Assembly: GCA_900752975.1 (NCBI GenBank) | Contig: CAADXH010000018.1 | Location: 124,695 to 188,694, forward strand | Direction of reading: 5' to 3' | DNA from: Bacilli bacterium | GTDB lineage: Bacteria > Bacillota_I > Bacilli_A > ML615J-28 > CAG-313 | DNA: 64,000 bases | In this document: positions 38,108-48,651 of the stretch, piece by piece | Numbering within the stretch: the first letter of the stretch is position 1 | How the letters are laid out: every line of letters begins with the position of its first letter | Notes under the pieces: generated by a model | Database searches by the model: none | Seen by the model: only the letters and a program-made list of their open reading frames with translations | Told to the model about the DNA's origin: nothing | Translations under genes and position numbers: made by a program

Positions 38108-39055
38108 ATGGCTATCTTAAACGATGATGTTCTTAAACGAGGCTCTTCTAATAATACTACTTTATCTACTCAATCTACTACTTCTGATGAAACTCCATCA
38201 GAATCTACTCCACCGAAAAGAAAAAGAGGAAGACCTAGAAAAAGTGAACAACAATCAACCGAAGTTATTGAAATAACACCAAGTCATCATAAACAACAAT
38301 CTGACATTCCTATGTGTCAATCATCCGAACCATATGAAAACACTTATGATGAAACAAATAATATGCTTAAATACTCTATTATGCAATTGGATGTATTAGC
38401 AAATGATATTAAGAATGAACTTGATACAATTAGAAAATCTAAGACACTTAAGGGAAAATATCAGTTCATTTCTGATTTATGTTCTACTGCAAGTAACTTA
38501 GTAAGTTCTAAAATTTCTGCAATAAAGGAGATTAATGCTGTTAAGACAAATTGTCATAAGCTCGAATTACAGCGAGTTAAGGACATTAAGAACTCTGCAG
38601 CAAACCAACAAGATGATGATAAATTTATTACTGATATGTACAATGCTTATATTAATACTCCTGTAAATGCTGGCTCTAATCCAATGATGCAATATACATC
38701 TTCTAACATTGGTGGAAATATGAATGCATATATGAATGGAGTAAATACTTCTCAAGTTAATGAGGAACAAAATTTTCAAAACTATATGAGCAATCTATCT
38801 CCTGAACAAAACAGAATGATTTTGGGTGATAATCCTAATATTGAAACTGTTGTAGTGTATGATCCAAATACAGGAGAAAAGGCTTTTGAAGTAATTGATT
38901 CTAGTACAGGTCTATCTGTACCAAACTATCCTAGACCAAGTAATTCATTATTAGACGATACAAGTGTTGATATATCTACTGGTATTGCATCTAATACAAA
39001 TATTGGTCAGAGTTGGAAAGTTGTTGTTCTCGGAGATATGATAAATAAGTTCTAA
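38108..39055 (+). CDS. hypothetical protein with an AT-hook-like PKRKRGRPRK segment
   Basis: SD AAAGGAGGAAA; S/T-rich N-terminus then KRKRGRPRKSEQQ. Confidence 0.55.
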   Translation: MAILNDDVLKRGSSNNTTLSTQSTTSDETPSESTPPKRKRGRPRKSEQQSTEVIEITPSHHKQQSDIPMCQSSEPYENTYDETNNMLKYSIMQLDVLANDIKNELDTIRKSKTLKGKYQFISDLCSTASNLVSSKISAIKEINAVKTNCHKLELQRVKDIKNSAANQQDDDKFITDMYNAYINTPVNAGSNPMMQYTSSNIGGNMNAYMNGVNTSQVNEEQNFQNYMSNLSPEQNRMILGDNPNIETVVVYDPNTGEKAFEVIDSSTGLSVPNYPRPSNSLLDDTSVDISTGIASNTNIGQSWKVVVLGDMINKF

Positions 39056-39113
39056 TTATATACTATTATAATGATTACAATGTAATCAAATAAAAATAAA
39101 GGAGTTTTGAAAA

Positions 39114-39446
39114 ATGAACGGAATTGACAAAATTGGACAATGGTTCTTTGAAGATGAGAATCTTTGCAGAAAAGAACCAGTAATGTTATCAATGGGTGAA
39201 GAGTGTTATGTACTTGACCTTGACATCTTTGATGAGGTTAATGAAACTTACACATTTATTCCTTGTATTGTTGTAAGGATAGACCAATCTAGTATACCTG
39301 GTAGATGGTATTATGTATTACAGGCTAAGGACAGTGTAAATGACGAACAACTTAACTCGAACTATGATGCAGGTATAAGATTTTATAAATATTTGGAGAA
39401 TACATCTCCTTATCTTTATAAGATTAATCATGTAGAAGATAGATAA
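39114..39446 (+). CDS. hypothetical protein
   Basis: SD AAAGGAG; 110 aa. Confidence 0.5.
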   Translation: MNGIDKIGQWFFEDENLCRKEPVMLSMGEECYVLDLDIFDEVNETYTFIPCIVVRIDQSSIPGRWYYVLQAKDSVNDEQLNSNYDAGIRFYKYLENTSPYLYKINHVEDR

Positions 39447-39523
39447 ATGTATTATCTATAATTTAAAGAAAAAGAAGGATGAGTCGAAAGGCTCATTCTT
39501 TTTTGTAAGAAAAGGAGGTAACT

Positions 39524-40828
39524 ATGGCTTATAGAGAAATTAAGATTCAAGATGTTACTGTAGATACGCAATTGAATCGAAATATCACAGTAGCACCATT
39601 ACATCAAAGCTATGCATTGTGTGTAGAATATATGAAGCATTGGTTTCTTAAAAAGTTTGAAAAAGATTTCTTTTCTTGGATTCATATTGACGGTAGCCAT
39701 GTCTTTGGTGAGATTATGAAATATGATAAGAAGGCAATCATGTCTCATCTTAGTGACGATAAAGCTGCTCTAACAATTATACCAACGATTGACGATGATT
39801 ATAATAGAGACCGACTTGACCAAAATCTATTCGGACTTGACCAATTTATTAACACAACAAAGATTGATAAAGCTTTCTTTCAAGATCCAGTTAATAAAAA
39901 ATATATTATGATGCAAATGGATATGATGTTATTAAATTTCACTTACAGAGTAAAAGTTCCATCCAGAGCAATGCAACTAGATTTACAGAAATACATGAAG
40001 TTAGCATTTCGAACAAATCTATCTGAATCACAAGATGTTGATTTGGACTATGTAATGCCATATCCAATGATGCTATTTATGGCAAGAGATTTAGGATTTA
40101 AAATTAAAGATGATAGAATCTGTGAGCCAATAAAATTTCTAACTTATTTGAATAGTCGGTCTTATATTCCAATTACTTATAAGCGTTCGAATGTCAATGC
40201 TCGAGAAGAATACTTTGTTAGAGTAGACCATTTACCAGTACGTTTATTAATTAAAGACGTTACAAAAGATGATGGAAATAAATACGGTCATATTGCTGAT
40301 GACTTCAATATTGAAATGCAAGTAGAGGTTCGATTCCCATCTATGCAATTATACGTATACTTTACAAAAGAAGAATTTACAAGTATTTCTGTTGGTAAAG
40401 AAGCTTATAATATCGATAATACATTAATGATGTCATTGCATTATTATGATGACCCACCTGCTGTAAATGATCGTGGTTGGAAGTTAACAATTAATGCCCA
40501 ATGGGAAGAAGATAAACCTGGAGAAATCAATATTGATTTGAATGAATTATTTGATGGGGAGTTATCTCAGATTGCGAATTATCTTACATCTAAATTTATT
40601 TCTCCTAGTACCTTTATAGATGTACAGATATACAGTAATGGAATAAAACTAAAAGATGTTAATATTGATTGGGGAAGTATGAAACTCTCTGCATTTAATC
40701 CTACTGAAAAACTTGTATCAACCTTAGCAATTTATATTGACCTTGAATATCTAAATAGTGTAAGAGTAGAAAGTTACGGTAATAAGTCTAGTAAAGTTAT
40801 GCCCAGCGACCCTAATAGGTCTTACTAA
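39524..40828 (+). CDS. hypothetical protein
   Basis: SD AAAAGGAGGT; 434 aa. Confidence 0.6.
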   Translation: MAYREIKIQDVTVDTQLNRNITVAPLHQSYALCVEYMKHWFLKKFEKDFFSWIHIDGSHVFGEIMKYDKKAIMSHLSDDKAALTIIPTIDDDYNRDRLDQNLFGLDQFINTTKIDKAFFQDPVNKKYIMMQMDMMLLNFTYRVKVPSRAMQLDLQKYMKLAFRTNLSESQDVDLDYVMPYPMMLFMARDLGFKIKDDRICEPIKFLTYLNSRSYIPITYKRSNVNAREEYFVRVDHLPVRLLIKDVTKDDGNKYGHIADDFNIEMQVEVRFPSMQLYVYFTKEEFTSISVGKEAYNIDNTLMMSLHYYDDPPAVNDRGWKLTINAQWEEDKPGEINIDLNELFDGELSQIANYLTSKFISPSTFIDVQIYSNGIKLKDVNIDWGSMKLSAFNPTEKLVSTLAIYIDLEYLNSVRVESYGNKSSKVMPSDPNRSY

Positions 40829-40865
40829 GAACTTTATTATAAATTACTAAAAGGAGGTCGGTATA

Positions 40866-43457
40866 ATGCTTACATATGGTGATATAATTACACGTCAAAG
40901 AAATCTTCTATCCGGAGAACCAAAATGTAATATCAATGTTAATCAAGTATATGAATCATTAAAAGAAAACTATTCATACCAAAAAGCTAAACTTGTATTA
41001 GAAAATTGGACTGGATTTAAGAATGAAGATATTGCTATTGACAAAGTATTAGAAGTATTCACAATCATTGCAGATAATGACAATGATTCAAACATCAGAA
41101 ATGCTTCTAATATTATTGAAGGTAAAATTATCCCAAAATTACGTAATGCTAAGCAGACAAACAAACTGAATCATTATAAACGTGGTTGGATTAAACATAG
41201 ACATACAGCTATGCTTAATGATACAAAAGATAATGAAAATGCAGTTTCAAAAGCGAAAGCAAATGGTGGATATCTTGGAAATTCTCTACACCCAAATAGA
41301 AAATATAAACGGGATATTTATGGTCGTAAGATGGGAGAAGTCAAAAAATCAAATGGAGATGAGAATAAGCAGTCTGAATCAGATACTGAGAAAAAAGATG
41401 TTGCTACCGAGTGTTTCGATAGATTCATTCATATTGCATTTGTAAATGAACAATGTGACAGAGTTTTAACTAACCATTCTAAACTCACAAAACGATTTAA
41501 CCTTGATAATATGGTTAGAAAATGCCCATTAACAGAAGCAGCATTAAAGGATTGCGTGTATAATATCTGTGATTTAATCAATACATATGAATCTGCTTTT
41601 GGTGTAAGATATGATATTGCATTAGAAAATATCATGTATTTAATGTCAAAAAACTGTGTTCCTGTGGACAACAAATTTATTCTTGAAACGGTTACAGATT
41701 ATTTTTTAATGACTGAGCTTAATGAAGAAACTGCAGATGCAAAACTTCATGATATGATTTATATTATAGAAAATTCTAAATTCTTTAGTCCAGAAGAATT
41801 AAGTATTGTATCTTATCTTTATGAAGATGAACAAGCCATTATCGAAGCAGTAGAGAATGAAGAAGATATTGAACAGATTCCTTTGGAAGAAAACAAAGTT
41901 CATGATATGTTCATGAAATATAAGAAAAAGAAAATAGTTACAATCAAGAAAAAGAACAAGTTAGAATCATTAAAAATCAAAAAGATTATTCATGACTTTA
42001 AGAAAGAACACAATAAATCGATTGAAAAGTTTAAGATTGCAATTTCTAGAATCTTTGTAAATAGTCCAGAAGGAATTATCAATGAACTTCCTGATATCTT
42101 TGAATTTGTAAGACTTGGTATTGTTCTAGGTGGATTTGCTATTAATCCTATTCTAGGTATTATTACATTAATTACTGGATTCTTTTTAAGAATGAAAGTA
42201 GCAAGAGAAAGAATGGAAAAAGTATGTGAACAATACGAAAAAGAACGTGATCGTTATAAGAAGAAAATGAATGAAACTGATGATGAAAAGAAGAAAGAAA
42301 AATACAAGGCTCTATATAATCAATATAAGAATGATTTATATAAATTAGAAAGTTATAGAGATGATCTATATACAGAGGCAGAAAATGATAAACGTATGGA
42401 AGAGAAATATGCAAAAGAAGCTGAAGCAAGTAGTGATGATTTCAACTTTGATATAGATTTTAATTTCGATGAACAAGCTGCTATTAATTATACCGAATTA
42501 CTCTCCACTTTATATGAACAATTGTCTTATACAAGAGGAGATTTAATGGTAGCGATTTCTAATAATATCAAGGATATGGATAGTGATGATATCTATAATA
42601 TAACTGAAGCTATAAAAGTTTGTAATGATATAGTAGATTGTCCAAGATATATCACAATTCTTGAAAATGAATTAGAACGAGTAAGAAATAATAAACAATC
42701 CTCTTTCATAGCATCTCTCCAAAAAATTGATACAATCAAAACTTGTATCTCTGATATCAATAGTGTAAAGTACAATAGCCTATTAGAAACAGCATATATA
42801 TCTAATGATACTGACTTACCGGATATAGAAACTGTATATGAAACAATGAAATATAAATATGATATTATTGATGATATAATTGATTATATAGCAGAATCAA
42901 AAGACGAAAAATCTGGGATGTCATTCTTAAGTAAAGTAAAAATTGCAGGGGAAAACTTAAGACGTTCTATGCTAAAAGCAAAGGATAAAGATAAGCAACT
43001 TAGTATGAAGTTAGATAGTGAATTGAATCGAACAATGAAATCTGCTAAGAAAGCAATGATTAGTGATAGTAGAGAAAGCATTATTCGAGGTTCTTTTTTA
43101 CCTTCTGCTTCTAAATGTATCCACCTTGCACTTGCAAGTGGAGTAGTTGCATTGTTTAGTCCTGTTGCAGCTGTAGTTGCATTGATTGGCTTTATTGGTT
43201 CATCTAAAGTATTAACTGAAAAAGAACGTAATCTTATACTAGATGATATTGATATAGAAATCAAAATGTGTGATAAATATCTTAAAGCTGCCGAAGATAA
43301 AGATGACTTAGTTGCAGTAAGAGAAATTATGAAAACAAAACGTGACTTAGAAAGACAACGTGCTAGAATTCTTTATAACAAGAATTATATCTTTAAAGGA
43401 AAGAAGCAGTATGATATGCCAGATAAGTCTAGAAAAAAGAACAATGATGATGATTGA
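40866..43457 (+). CDS. large coiled-coil protein with two hydrophobic Gly/Ala-rich segments
   Basis: GIVLGGFAINPILGIITLITGFFL and LALASGVVALFSPVAAVVALIGFIGSS; K/E-rich heptad-like stretches. Confidence 0.55.
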   Translation: MLTYGDIITRQRNLLSGEPKCNINVNQVYESLKENYSYQKAKLVLENWTGFKNEDIAIDKVLEVFTIIADNDNDSNIRNASNIIEGKIIPKLRNAKQTNKLNHYKRGWIKHRHTAMLNDTKDNENAVSKAKANGGYLGNSLHPNRKYKRDIYGRKMGEVKKSNGDENKQSESDTEKKDVATECFDRFIHIAFVNEQCDRVLTNHSKLTKRFNLDNMVRKCPLTEAALKDCVYNICDLINTYESAFGVRYDIALENIMYLMSKNCVPVDNKFILETVTDYFLMTELNEETADAKLHDMIYIIENSKFFSPEELSIVSYLYEDEQAIIEAVENEEDIEQIPLEENKVHDMFMKYKKKKIVTIKKKNKLESLKIKKIIHDFKKEHNKSIEKFKIAISRIFVNSPEGIINELPDIFEFVRLGIVLGGFAINPILGIITLITGFFLRMKVARERMEKVCEQYEKERDRYKKKMNETDDEKKKEKYKALYNQYKNDLYKLESYRDDLYTEAENDKRMEEKYAKEAEASSDDFNFDIDFNFDEQAAINYTELLSTLYEQLSYTRGDLMVAISNNIKDMDSDDIYNITEAIKVCNDIVDCPRYITILENELERVRNNKQSSFIASLQKIDTIKTCISDINSVKYNSLLETAYISNDTDLPDIETVYETMKYKYDIIDDIIDYIAESKDEKSGMSFLSKVKIAGENLRRSMLKAKDKDKQLSMKLDSELNRTMKSAKKAMISDSRESIIRGSFLPSASKCIHLALASGVVALFSPVAAVVALIGFIGSSKVLTEKERNLILDDIDIEIKMCDKYLKAAEDKDDLVAVREIMKTKRDLERQRARILYNKNYIFKGKKQYDMPDKSRKKNNDDD

Positions 43458-43471
43458 TGGAGGTGATAAGA

Positions 43472-44491
43472 ATGGATTATCTAGAAGGATTGAGAAGTAT
43501 CTTAAACGAAATTAATGTCGGTTCTGATCAACCATCTGCTGATAATACAACCGACGATTCCGAAGATGATGGAGATCAGAATTTCATGGACGATGGTGGT
43601 GGGGACGATACTACTACAGATGCTCCAGAAGAAACCACAGATGATTCCGAAGATGATGGTGACCAAAACTTCATGGACGACGGTGGTGGAGAAGATACTG
43701 GAGAAGATACAACACCTCCAGCTGACAACACTGCAGATGAAGATGATGGAGATCAGAATTTTATGGATGACGGTGGTGGAGACGATACTACTACAAATGA
43801 TACAGCAGATGCTTCCGAAGAAACCACAGATGATTCCGGAGATGATGATGCTGGCCAAAACTTCATGGACGACGGTAGTGGAGGAGACACTGGAGAAGGT
43901 GGAGGAGACGATGCTTCAGGTGGTGATGGAGGAGAAGAAACCACTGATGATTCTGAAGGAGAAAATAGTGAAGAATCCGAAGAAGGCTCTGATGAAAATG
44001 GATATGATATTAATAAAATTGAAGAGGAACTTTTCTCTAGTCTAACCCCTGAGCAAATTGCAATCAAGAATCATGAATTAAAGAATCAATTTATCGAATT
44101 ATATTCTATTATTGGAAGTACATTGGTCCGAATCAATGACATTTCTAAAACAAATGAAAATATCAATGTACTAAAATTTATTACAGAAAAATTATTGGAA
44201 TTAAGAGAAATGATTGACTTTAATATTACAACAGCATATCAAACTAGAACGTACATTGAGAATAACATCATCTATCAACAGTGTATTGCTACGTTAAATG
44301 CAATTGCAGAAATCATCGATAATATTCCAAAATTAGATGGAAGAGACGATTCAGAAGAAGAATCTGAAGAAGATAAGAATGGTATCCCAGTAGATAATGA
44401 AGATGAGGAAGAAACTCATACCTTAAATATATCTGACACAACATCTGGTAGTACTTATCAGGAAGAATCTGCGTTCAATTCCTTATTTTAA
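43472..44491 (+). CDS. acidic tandem-repeat protein (4 x ~25-aa (T/A)DDSEDDGDQNFMDDGGGDDTT units)
   Basis: SD GGAGGTGA precedes MDYLEG. DNA tandem repeat about 43540-43900. Confidence 0.6.
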   Translation: MDYLEGLRSILNEINVGSDQPSADNTTDDSEDDGDQNFMDDGGGDDTTTDAPEETTDDSEDDGDQNFMDDGGGEDTGEDTTPPADNTADEDDGDQNFMDDGGGDDTTTNDTADASEETTDDSGDDDAGQNFMDDGSGGDTGEGGGDDASGGDGGEETTDDSEGENSEESEEGSDENGYDINKIEEELFSSLTPEQIAIKNHELKNQFIELYSIIGSTLVRINDISKTNENINVLKFITEKLLELREMIDFNITTAYQTRTYIENNIIYQQCIATLNAIAEIIDNIPKLDGRDDSEEESEEDKNGIPVDNEDEEETHTLNISDTTSGSTYQEESAFNSLF

Positions 44492-44627
44492 ATTTATTAA
44501 TGGAATATCATAACAATATAATAAAATAGTGAAGAAAATATGTTGCTTACACTATTATTTTTTAATAACAGCAATTATCATCTCTAAACATTTATAAAAT
44601 TAATATTCCAAAAGGAGGATACTAAAT

Positions 44628-46658
44628 ATGCCAGTAATCGGTAATACAACAAGCCGTAAACCTGGTTCGTCCGGTTATTCGCACGACCCAATGGCGGCTT
44701 ATGCTAAAGAATTTTTGAATCTTACCCAATCTTTCCTTGAAGAAGCAAGATTGGATTTATATCAAGAACCTTTTAAGGTTTTTAGAACTCCGTTGACAGA
44801 TGAAACTGTAAAGAATTTCTTTATGGAAAATTCTGCTGACCCTCGTGGCATGACAACTGAAGAATATGAAGACCACATGCTTATGATGGAACAGATGTAT
44901 GAAAATGATAAGATAGCTGTTCTTGAACACTGTGGTATGGGTCAGTATAACCCAGTTATCGGTATGACTTTCCCAATTCATAAGAACATTATGCTTAATA
45001 ATATCTTTGATAAGGGTGCTATTCCGAAGTTTGTTGCTGAAGCACCAAGATTCACCGTTTCTATGGAAACAAGATGGATGATTGATCCTGAAACTGGTGA
45101 AAAGATCGATATGTGGAGAGAACAATACAAGATGACCGATGCTATTGATAAAGCAGCACCGTTGAAGTCTATGTATTTGCCACTTCCTGAAGCAGAAAAC
45201 ACTAATATTCTGGAAACTATGTTCGGCGTACCGGAAGATCAGAATAACAATCTTTCTATCGAATCTCATGTTTCTGGTCTAGTTGGTGCAAGAGTTGTAT
45301 ATCCAGGTCAGACCGTTCAAATCGTTGTTAAGAATTCTGATGCTGCTACTGCTCCTGCAACTGTTACTTACACAATCCAGAATTACACAAACACTACAGC
45401 ACAAGCATATGTAATTCCTACTGATTCTCCAACTGATTTAAAGGCTCAGCTTCCTAAGGTAGAAGCTACAGTAACACAGACTGTAACTGGTGCTATCTTT
45501 AATTGGAGAGGTCCGTTCGCTCCAGCTTACGGTGGTTATGACCGTCAGATTTGTGAACAGTATGCTCTTCCGATTGTAAAGACTGTAGCTGCTGGTACTC
45601 TTCCAGGTACTTGGAAGTTGACTGTAGAATTGGCAGATGGTACTACTCAAGAAATTGATAATACCACTGATGAAAATGCAATTCCAGGTCAGTACAGAAC
45701 TGTAGGTTTCGTTTCTGGTTTTGCTAAGGATAATAGATTTGGTATGACATCTTCTAATGCTAAGGTTGCAGGTGTTATCCTAACTTCTAGAATTGATACT
45801 TCTTCTGCAATGCTGAAAACTGCATCTGCTACTTGGAGTGTTCGTACTGATATCATCGAAATTCCGAATGCAGTTCCAATGAATGTAACTATCAGCCCTG
45901 AAGAAGTTAAGGATATTGCAGCTCTGTATCAGATTAACCAGTTGACTAAGGTTATGTCTTTGATGAAGATTTCTTTGGCTAACTATAAAGATGATAAGAT
46001 TAGAAGATATCTGGATAAGAGCTTCTTGGAAATGCCAGATGATTCTAAGATTGCACGTCAGTTTGACTTTGCTCCGTCTAACAACTATGCTTTGGATCCG
46101 ATTGAATGGCGTCATAAGACCTTTATGGATAGTCTTGATACTCATGCTACTCAGTTGCTCCATGTATTGAATGACCCGAACGTTACATTCAATATCATTG
46201 GTCGTGATGACTTGATTAGAAAGATTACTCCTACTGATTATACATATCAGTCTCCGTCTTCTATTGGTCCAGTTCAGCTTGACTTTGTTAAGACAATCGT
46301 TACATCTGATAAGAGAACTTACCAGTTCATTAGTTCTGATAAGCTCCGTGATTGTAACAACCTGATGATTATTGTTTGCCCGAGAAACTCTGAAAGATTC
46401 ATTTATCGTATTTATGATTATCAGATGTATTTGAGCAATGAAATCAGAAATATTTCTAACCCAGCACTGCCAGCTGTACATGCATTTGAACGTTGGGTTG
46501 TTAAGGAATATCAGCCGGTTCAGGGACGTATCCGCATCTTGAACCCGACTGGCCTGCGTAACTATGGTACAGATTATGCATTTAACAATGACCCGACTGG
46601 TCGTGGTGATGGTGTAAGAAGCATTGGTAAGAACGATTTCAATATCGATGCTATCTAA
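44628..46658 (+). CDS. candidate major capsid protein / abundant virion protein
   Basis: Very strong SD AAAAGGAGGA. Codon choice is biased to GGT/GCT/CGT/ACT. Followed by a strong terminator. 676 aa. The assignment to capsid is an inference from expression-type signals only. Confidence 0.35.
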   Translation: MPVIGNTTSRKPGSSGYSHDPMAAYAKEFLNLTQSFLEEARLDLYQEPFKVFRTPLTDETVKNFFMENSADPRGMTTEEYEDHMLMMEQMYENDKIAVLEHCGMGQYNPVIGMTFPIHKNIMLNNIFDKGAIPKFVAEAPRFTVSMETRWMIDPETGEKIDMWREQYKMTDAIDKAAPLKSMYLPLPEAENTNILETMFGVPEDQNNNLSIESHVSGLVGARVVYPGQTVQIVVKNSDAATAPATVTYTIQNYTNTTAQAYVIPTDSPTDLKAQLPKVEATVTQTVTGAIFNWRGPFAPAYGGYDRQICEQYALPIVKTVAAGTLPGTWKLTVELADGTTQEIDNTTDENAIPGQYRTVGFVSGFAKDNRFGMTSSNAKVAGVILTSRIDTSSAMLKTASATWSVRTDIIEIPNAVPMNVTISPEEVKDIAALYQINQLTKVMSLMKISLANYKDDKIRRYLDKSFLEMPDDSKIARQFDFAPSNNYALDPIEWRHKTFMDSLDTHATQLLHVLNDPNVTFNIIGRDDLIRKITPTDYTYQSPSSIGPVQLDFVKTIVTSDKRTYQFISSDKLRDCNNLMIIVCPRNSERFIYRIYDYQMYLSNEIRNISNPALPAVHAFERWVVKEYQPVQGRIRILNPTGLRNYGTDYAFNNDPTGRGDGVRSIGKNDFNIDAI

Positions 46659-46694
46659 GTGATTTTTAATTCATATTAATTCAGTCTTTATATT

Positions 46695-46729
46695 CGCCTA
46701 GTGTCTTGATTAGGCACTAGGCGTTTTTA
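46695..46729 (+). terminator. rho-independent terminator
   Basis: CGCCTAGTG-loop-CACTAGGCG hairpin followed by TTTTTAT. Confidence 0.75.
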
Positions 46730-46750
46730 TAAGTGAGAAAGGAGGATAAC

Positions 46751-47959
46751 ATGATTAGACAAATTTCTTATGACTTTAGTGACCTTGAACTAGCATGTGC
46801 CGAAATTATTGATACAGATGGTAAAAAGGGCTTAGATAAATTAAAGAAAGAACTTAATAAATTCTTTAAGGACAGTAGATGTCGAGAAGTATTGTTTACT
46901 CGTTCTGATAAAATGTTCTTTGGTATGTGTGTATACCCTCATGTTACAAAAGAACTTGTTACAGAAATTCTACAAGATGATAAGCCTGTAAGATTCCATG
47001 AATTCAGTATTGAAATTGACTCTAAGATTCTTCATCCGGCATTACAGATTTCTCCTAGAGAAATGACAGCGATGGTATTACATGAAGTTGGTCATATTGT
47101 TAATGATACTACACCAGTTGATGAAGTAAGAAAAGTAATTGCTTTACAACTTACAAAAAATGGTGATTCTTTGAATATTCCAAAGACTGCACAGTATTAT
47201 ACAATTTTAAGCTATGGTATTAAAGATACTGTAAGAAAATTAACTTCGATGTTATATGTATATAAAGATAGTGAAGTACTTGCTGATGAATTTGTTCATA
47301 TGTGTGGATATGGAGAAGAACTTAATTCTATTTTCAATAAGATTTGTAAATCTGGTATGAAAATTAATGATACTTCTGTAAATAAACTAACTTCTTTAGC
47401 ATGGACATTATCTGTATACAGACAGATTAAGATTAAGAGAATCCCAGCATTACGGTTACTAGATAAGATGTATAAGATTTCTGGTTCACAATTAGAAAAA
47501 CGTGAAATGGAAATCATGACAAATGCAATCAATACAATTGATGACTCGAATATTGAAGAGAGTTGTGATTACACGAATCATGATAATTACTTTGTTTTCA
47601 ATGAATCTAAGTCTGAAGTCAAACAAAGTAAGTATGCTCGATTGAGAAAGAATGCTGCTATAAAAAATATAAAAAAATTTGAACAAGACTTATATGAATA
47701 TAAAATGCGTATTCGCCATGTATCAGACGAAGATGATGCTTATTATCTTATGAGAATGATTAATACTCGTATTTCTGTAATTGAAGATTTTCTAGATCAT
47801 GAACGATTAACAGAAACAGAACATAAACGCTGGTGGGCATTACTAGAAAAGTATTATTCACTGCGTGATGAACTAGCAGATGTGACTACTTATCGTTACG
47901 ATTATAGTAATAGTCTTATTGTTGTTAAGTATCCAGAGATTAAACCTGGACGTATGTAA
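46751..47959 (+). CDS. putative zinc metallopeptidase (HExxH motif)
   Basis: MTAMVLHEVGHIVND contains HEVGH. SD AAAGGAGGA. Lies immediately downstream of the capsid-candidate gene. Confidence 0.4.
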   Translation: MIRQISYDFSDLELACAEIIDTDGKKGLDKLKKELNKFFKDSRCREVLFTRSDKMFFGMCVYPHVTKELVTEILQDDKPVRFHEFSIEIDSKILHPALQISPREMTAMVLHEVGHIVNDTTPVDEVRKVIALQLTKNGDSLNIPKTAQYYTILSYGIKDTVRKLTSMLYVYKDSEVLADEFVHMCGYGEELNSIFNKICKSGMKINDTSVNKLTSLAWTLSVYRQIKIKRIPALRLLDKMYKISGSQLEKREMEIMTNAINTIDDSNIEESCDYTNHDNYFVFNESKSEVKQSKYARLRKNAAIKNIKKFEQDLYEYKMRIRHVSDEDDAYYLMRMINTRISVIEDFLDHERLTETEHKRWWALLEKYYSLRDELADVTTYRYDYSNSLIVVKYPEIKPGRM

Positions 47960-47967
47960 CAAAAAAA

Positions 47968-48030
47968 ACAACTACATTCTGAGAACATAGTTGCTTTTCG
48001 GTAAAGGATACTGGAATCCAGTATCCTTAT
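47968..48030. terminator. terminator region between convergent genes (two hairpins)
   Basis: CAACTA..TAGTTG followed by CTTTTCGG, and AAGGATACTGG-AATC-CAGTATCCTT. Confidence 0.4.
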
Positions 48031-48042
48031 ACCTTTACAATT

Positions 48043-48555
48043 TTAAACAATTGGTTTGATTCCAAGAGCTGAGATTTGTGCCCTTAAACTTTCAACTTGA
48101 CTATTTAAAACTGTGTTCGCTGTAATCAAATCATTCACATTAATGAATGCTTGATTTACATCTGGTTGACCACCGTTAGAAGAATTTCTAGTTAATTCTT
48201 TAACCTTCTCCAAGAGTTCCTCCGGACTCTTTAAGCCATAGGCTTTCACCAATGCTTCCACTGCCAGATAAACTACTTGATCTGTTGGATCTTTGTCATT
48301 TTGCTGGGAATTAATTCCAGCAAAATCAGCAATGATTTTCTTAAACTTAGAAATTCTATCTAGAAAAATGTCATAATTAACATATATTTTAGAATTATTA
48401 TCTACATATGAATTGAGATAACATATTCCATGTTCGTTTTTTATTTTCTCCAAATGTTTAAGAATATCGGGTAAGTTAATACCCTTATTATAGCAGATAA
48501 AAATACTGTCGATTGCACTAGCAGTGTAATAAAGTCCTTCTTTTTCAGTAAACAT
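48043..48555 (-). CDS. hypothetical protein
   Basis: SD CAGGAGGG precedes MFTEKEG. Confidence 0.5.
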   Translation of the reverse strand: MFTEKEGLYYTASAIDSIFICYNKGINLPDILKHLEKIKNEHGICYLNSYVDNNSKIYVNYDIFLDRISKFKKIIADFAGINSQQNDKDPTDQVVYLAVEALVKAYGLKSPEELLEKVKELTRNSSNGGQPDVNQAFINVNDLITANTVLNSQVESLRAQISALGIKPIV

Positions 48556-48575
48556 AATAAAACCCTCCTGTAGGT

Positions 48576-48611
48576 CAAACAAAAATTTAGAGGATAACTC
48601 ACGTTATCCTC
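48576..48611 (-). terminator. rho-independent terminator
   Basis: GAGGATAAC-TCAC-GTTATCCTC hairpin followed by a T-run on the minus strand. Confidence 0.6.
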
Positions 48612-48651
48612 TTCGTACACATCAATAATATACAATACAAATATTATTTGG

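Noticed and set aside
43502-44067. Three overlapping ORFs (43502-43858 minus, 43515-44045 plus, 43753-44067 minus) in the acidic-repeat region
   Set aside because: They are alternative frames of the tandem DNA repeat. Only the frame encoding the acidic DDSEDDGDQNFMDDGGG units has an SD and a sensible C-terminal domain.
44757-46481. Minus-strand ORFs up to 233 aa inside the capsid-candidate gene
   Set aside because: They are antisense shadows of a strongly supported plus-strand gene.
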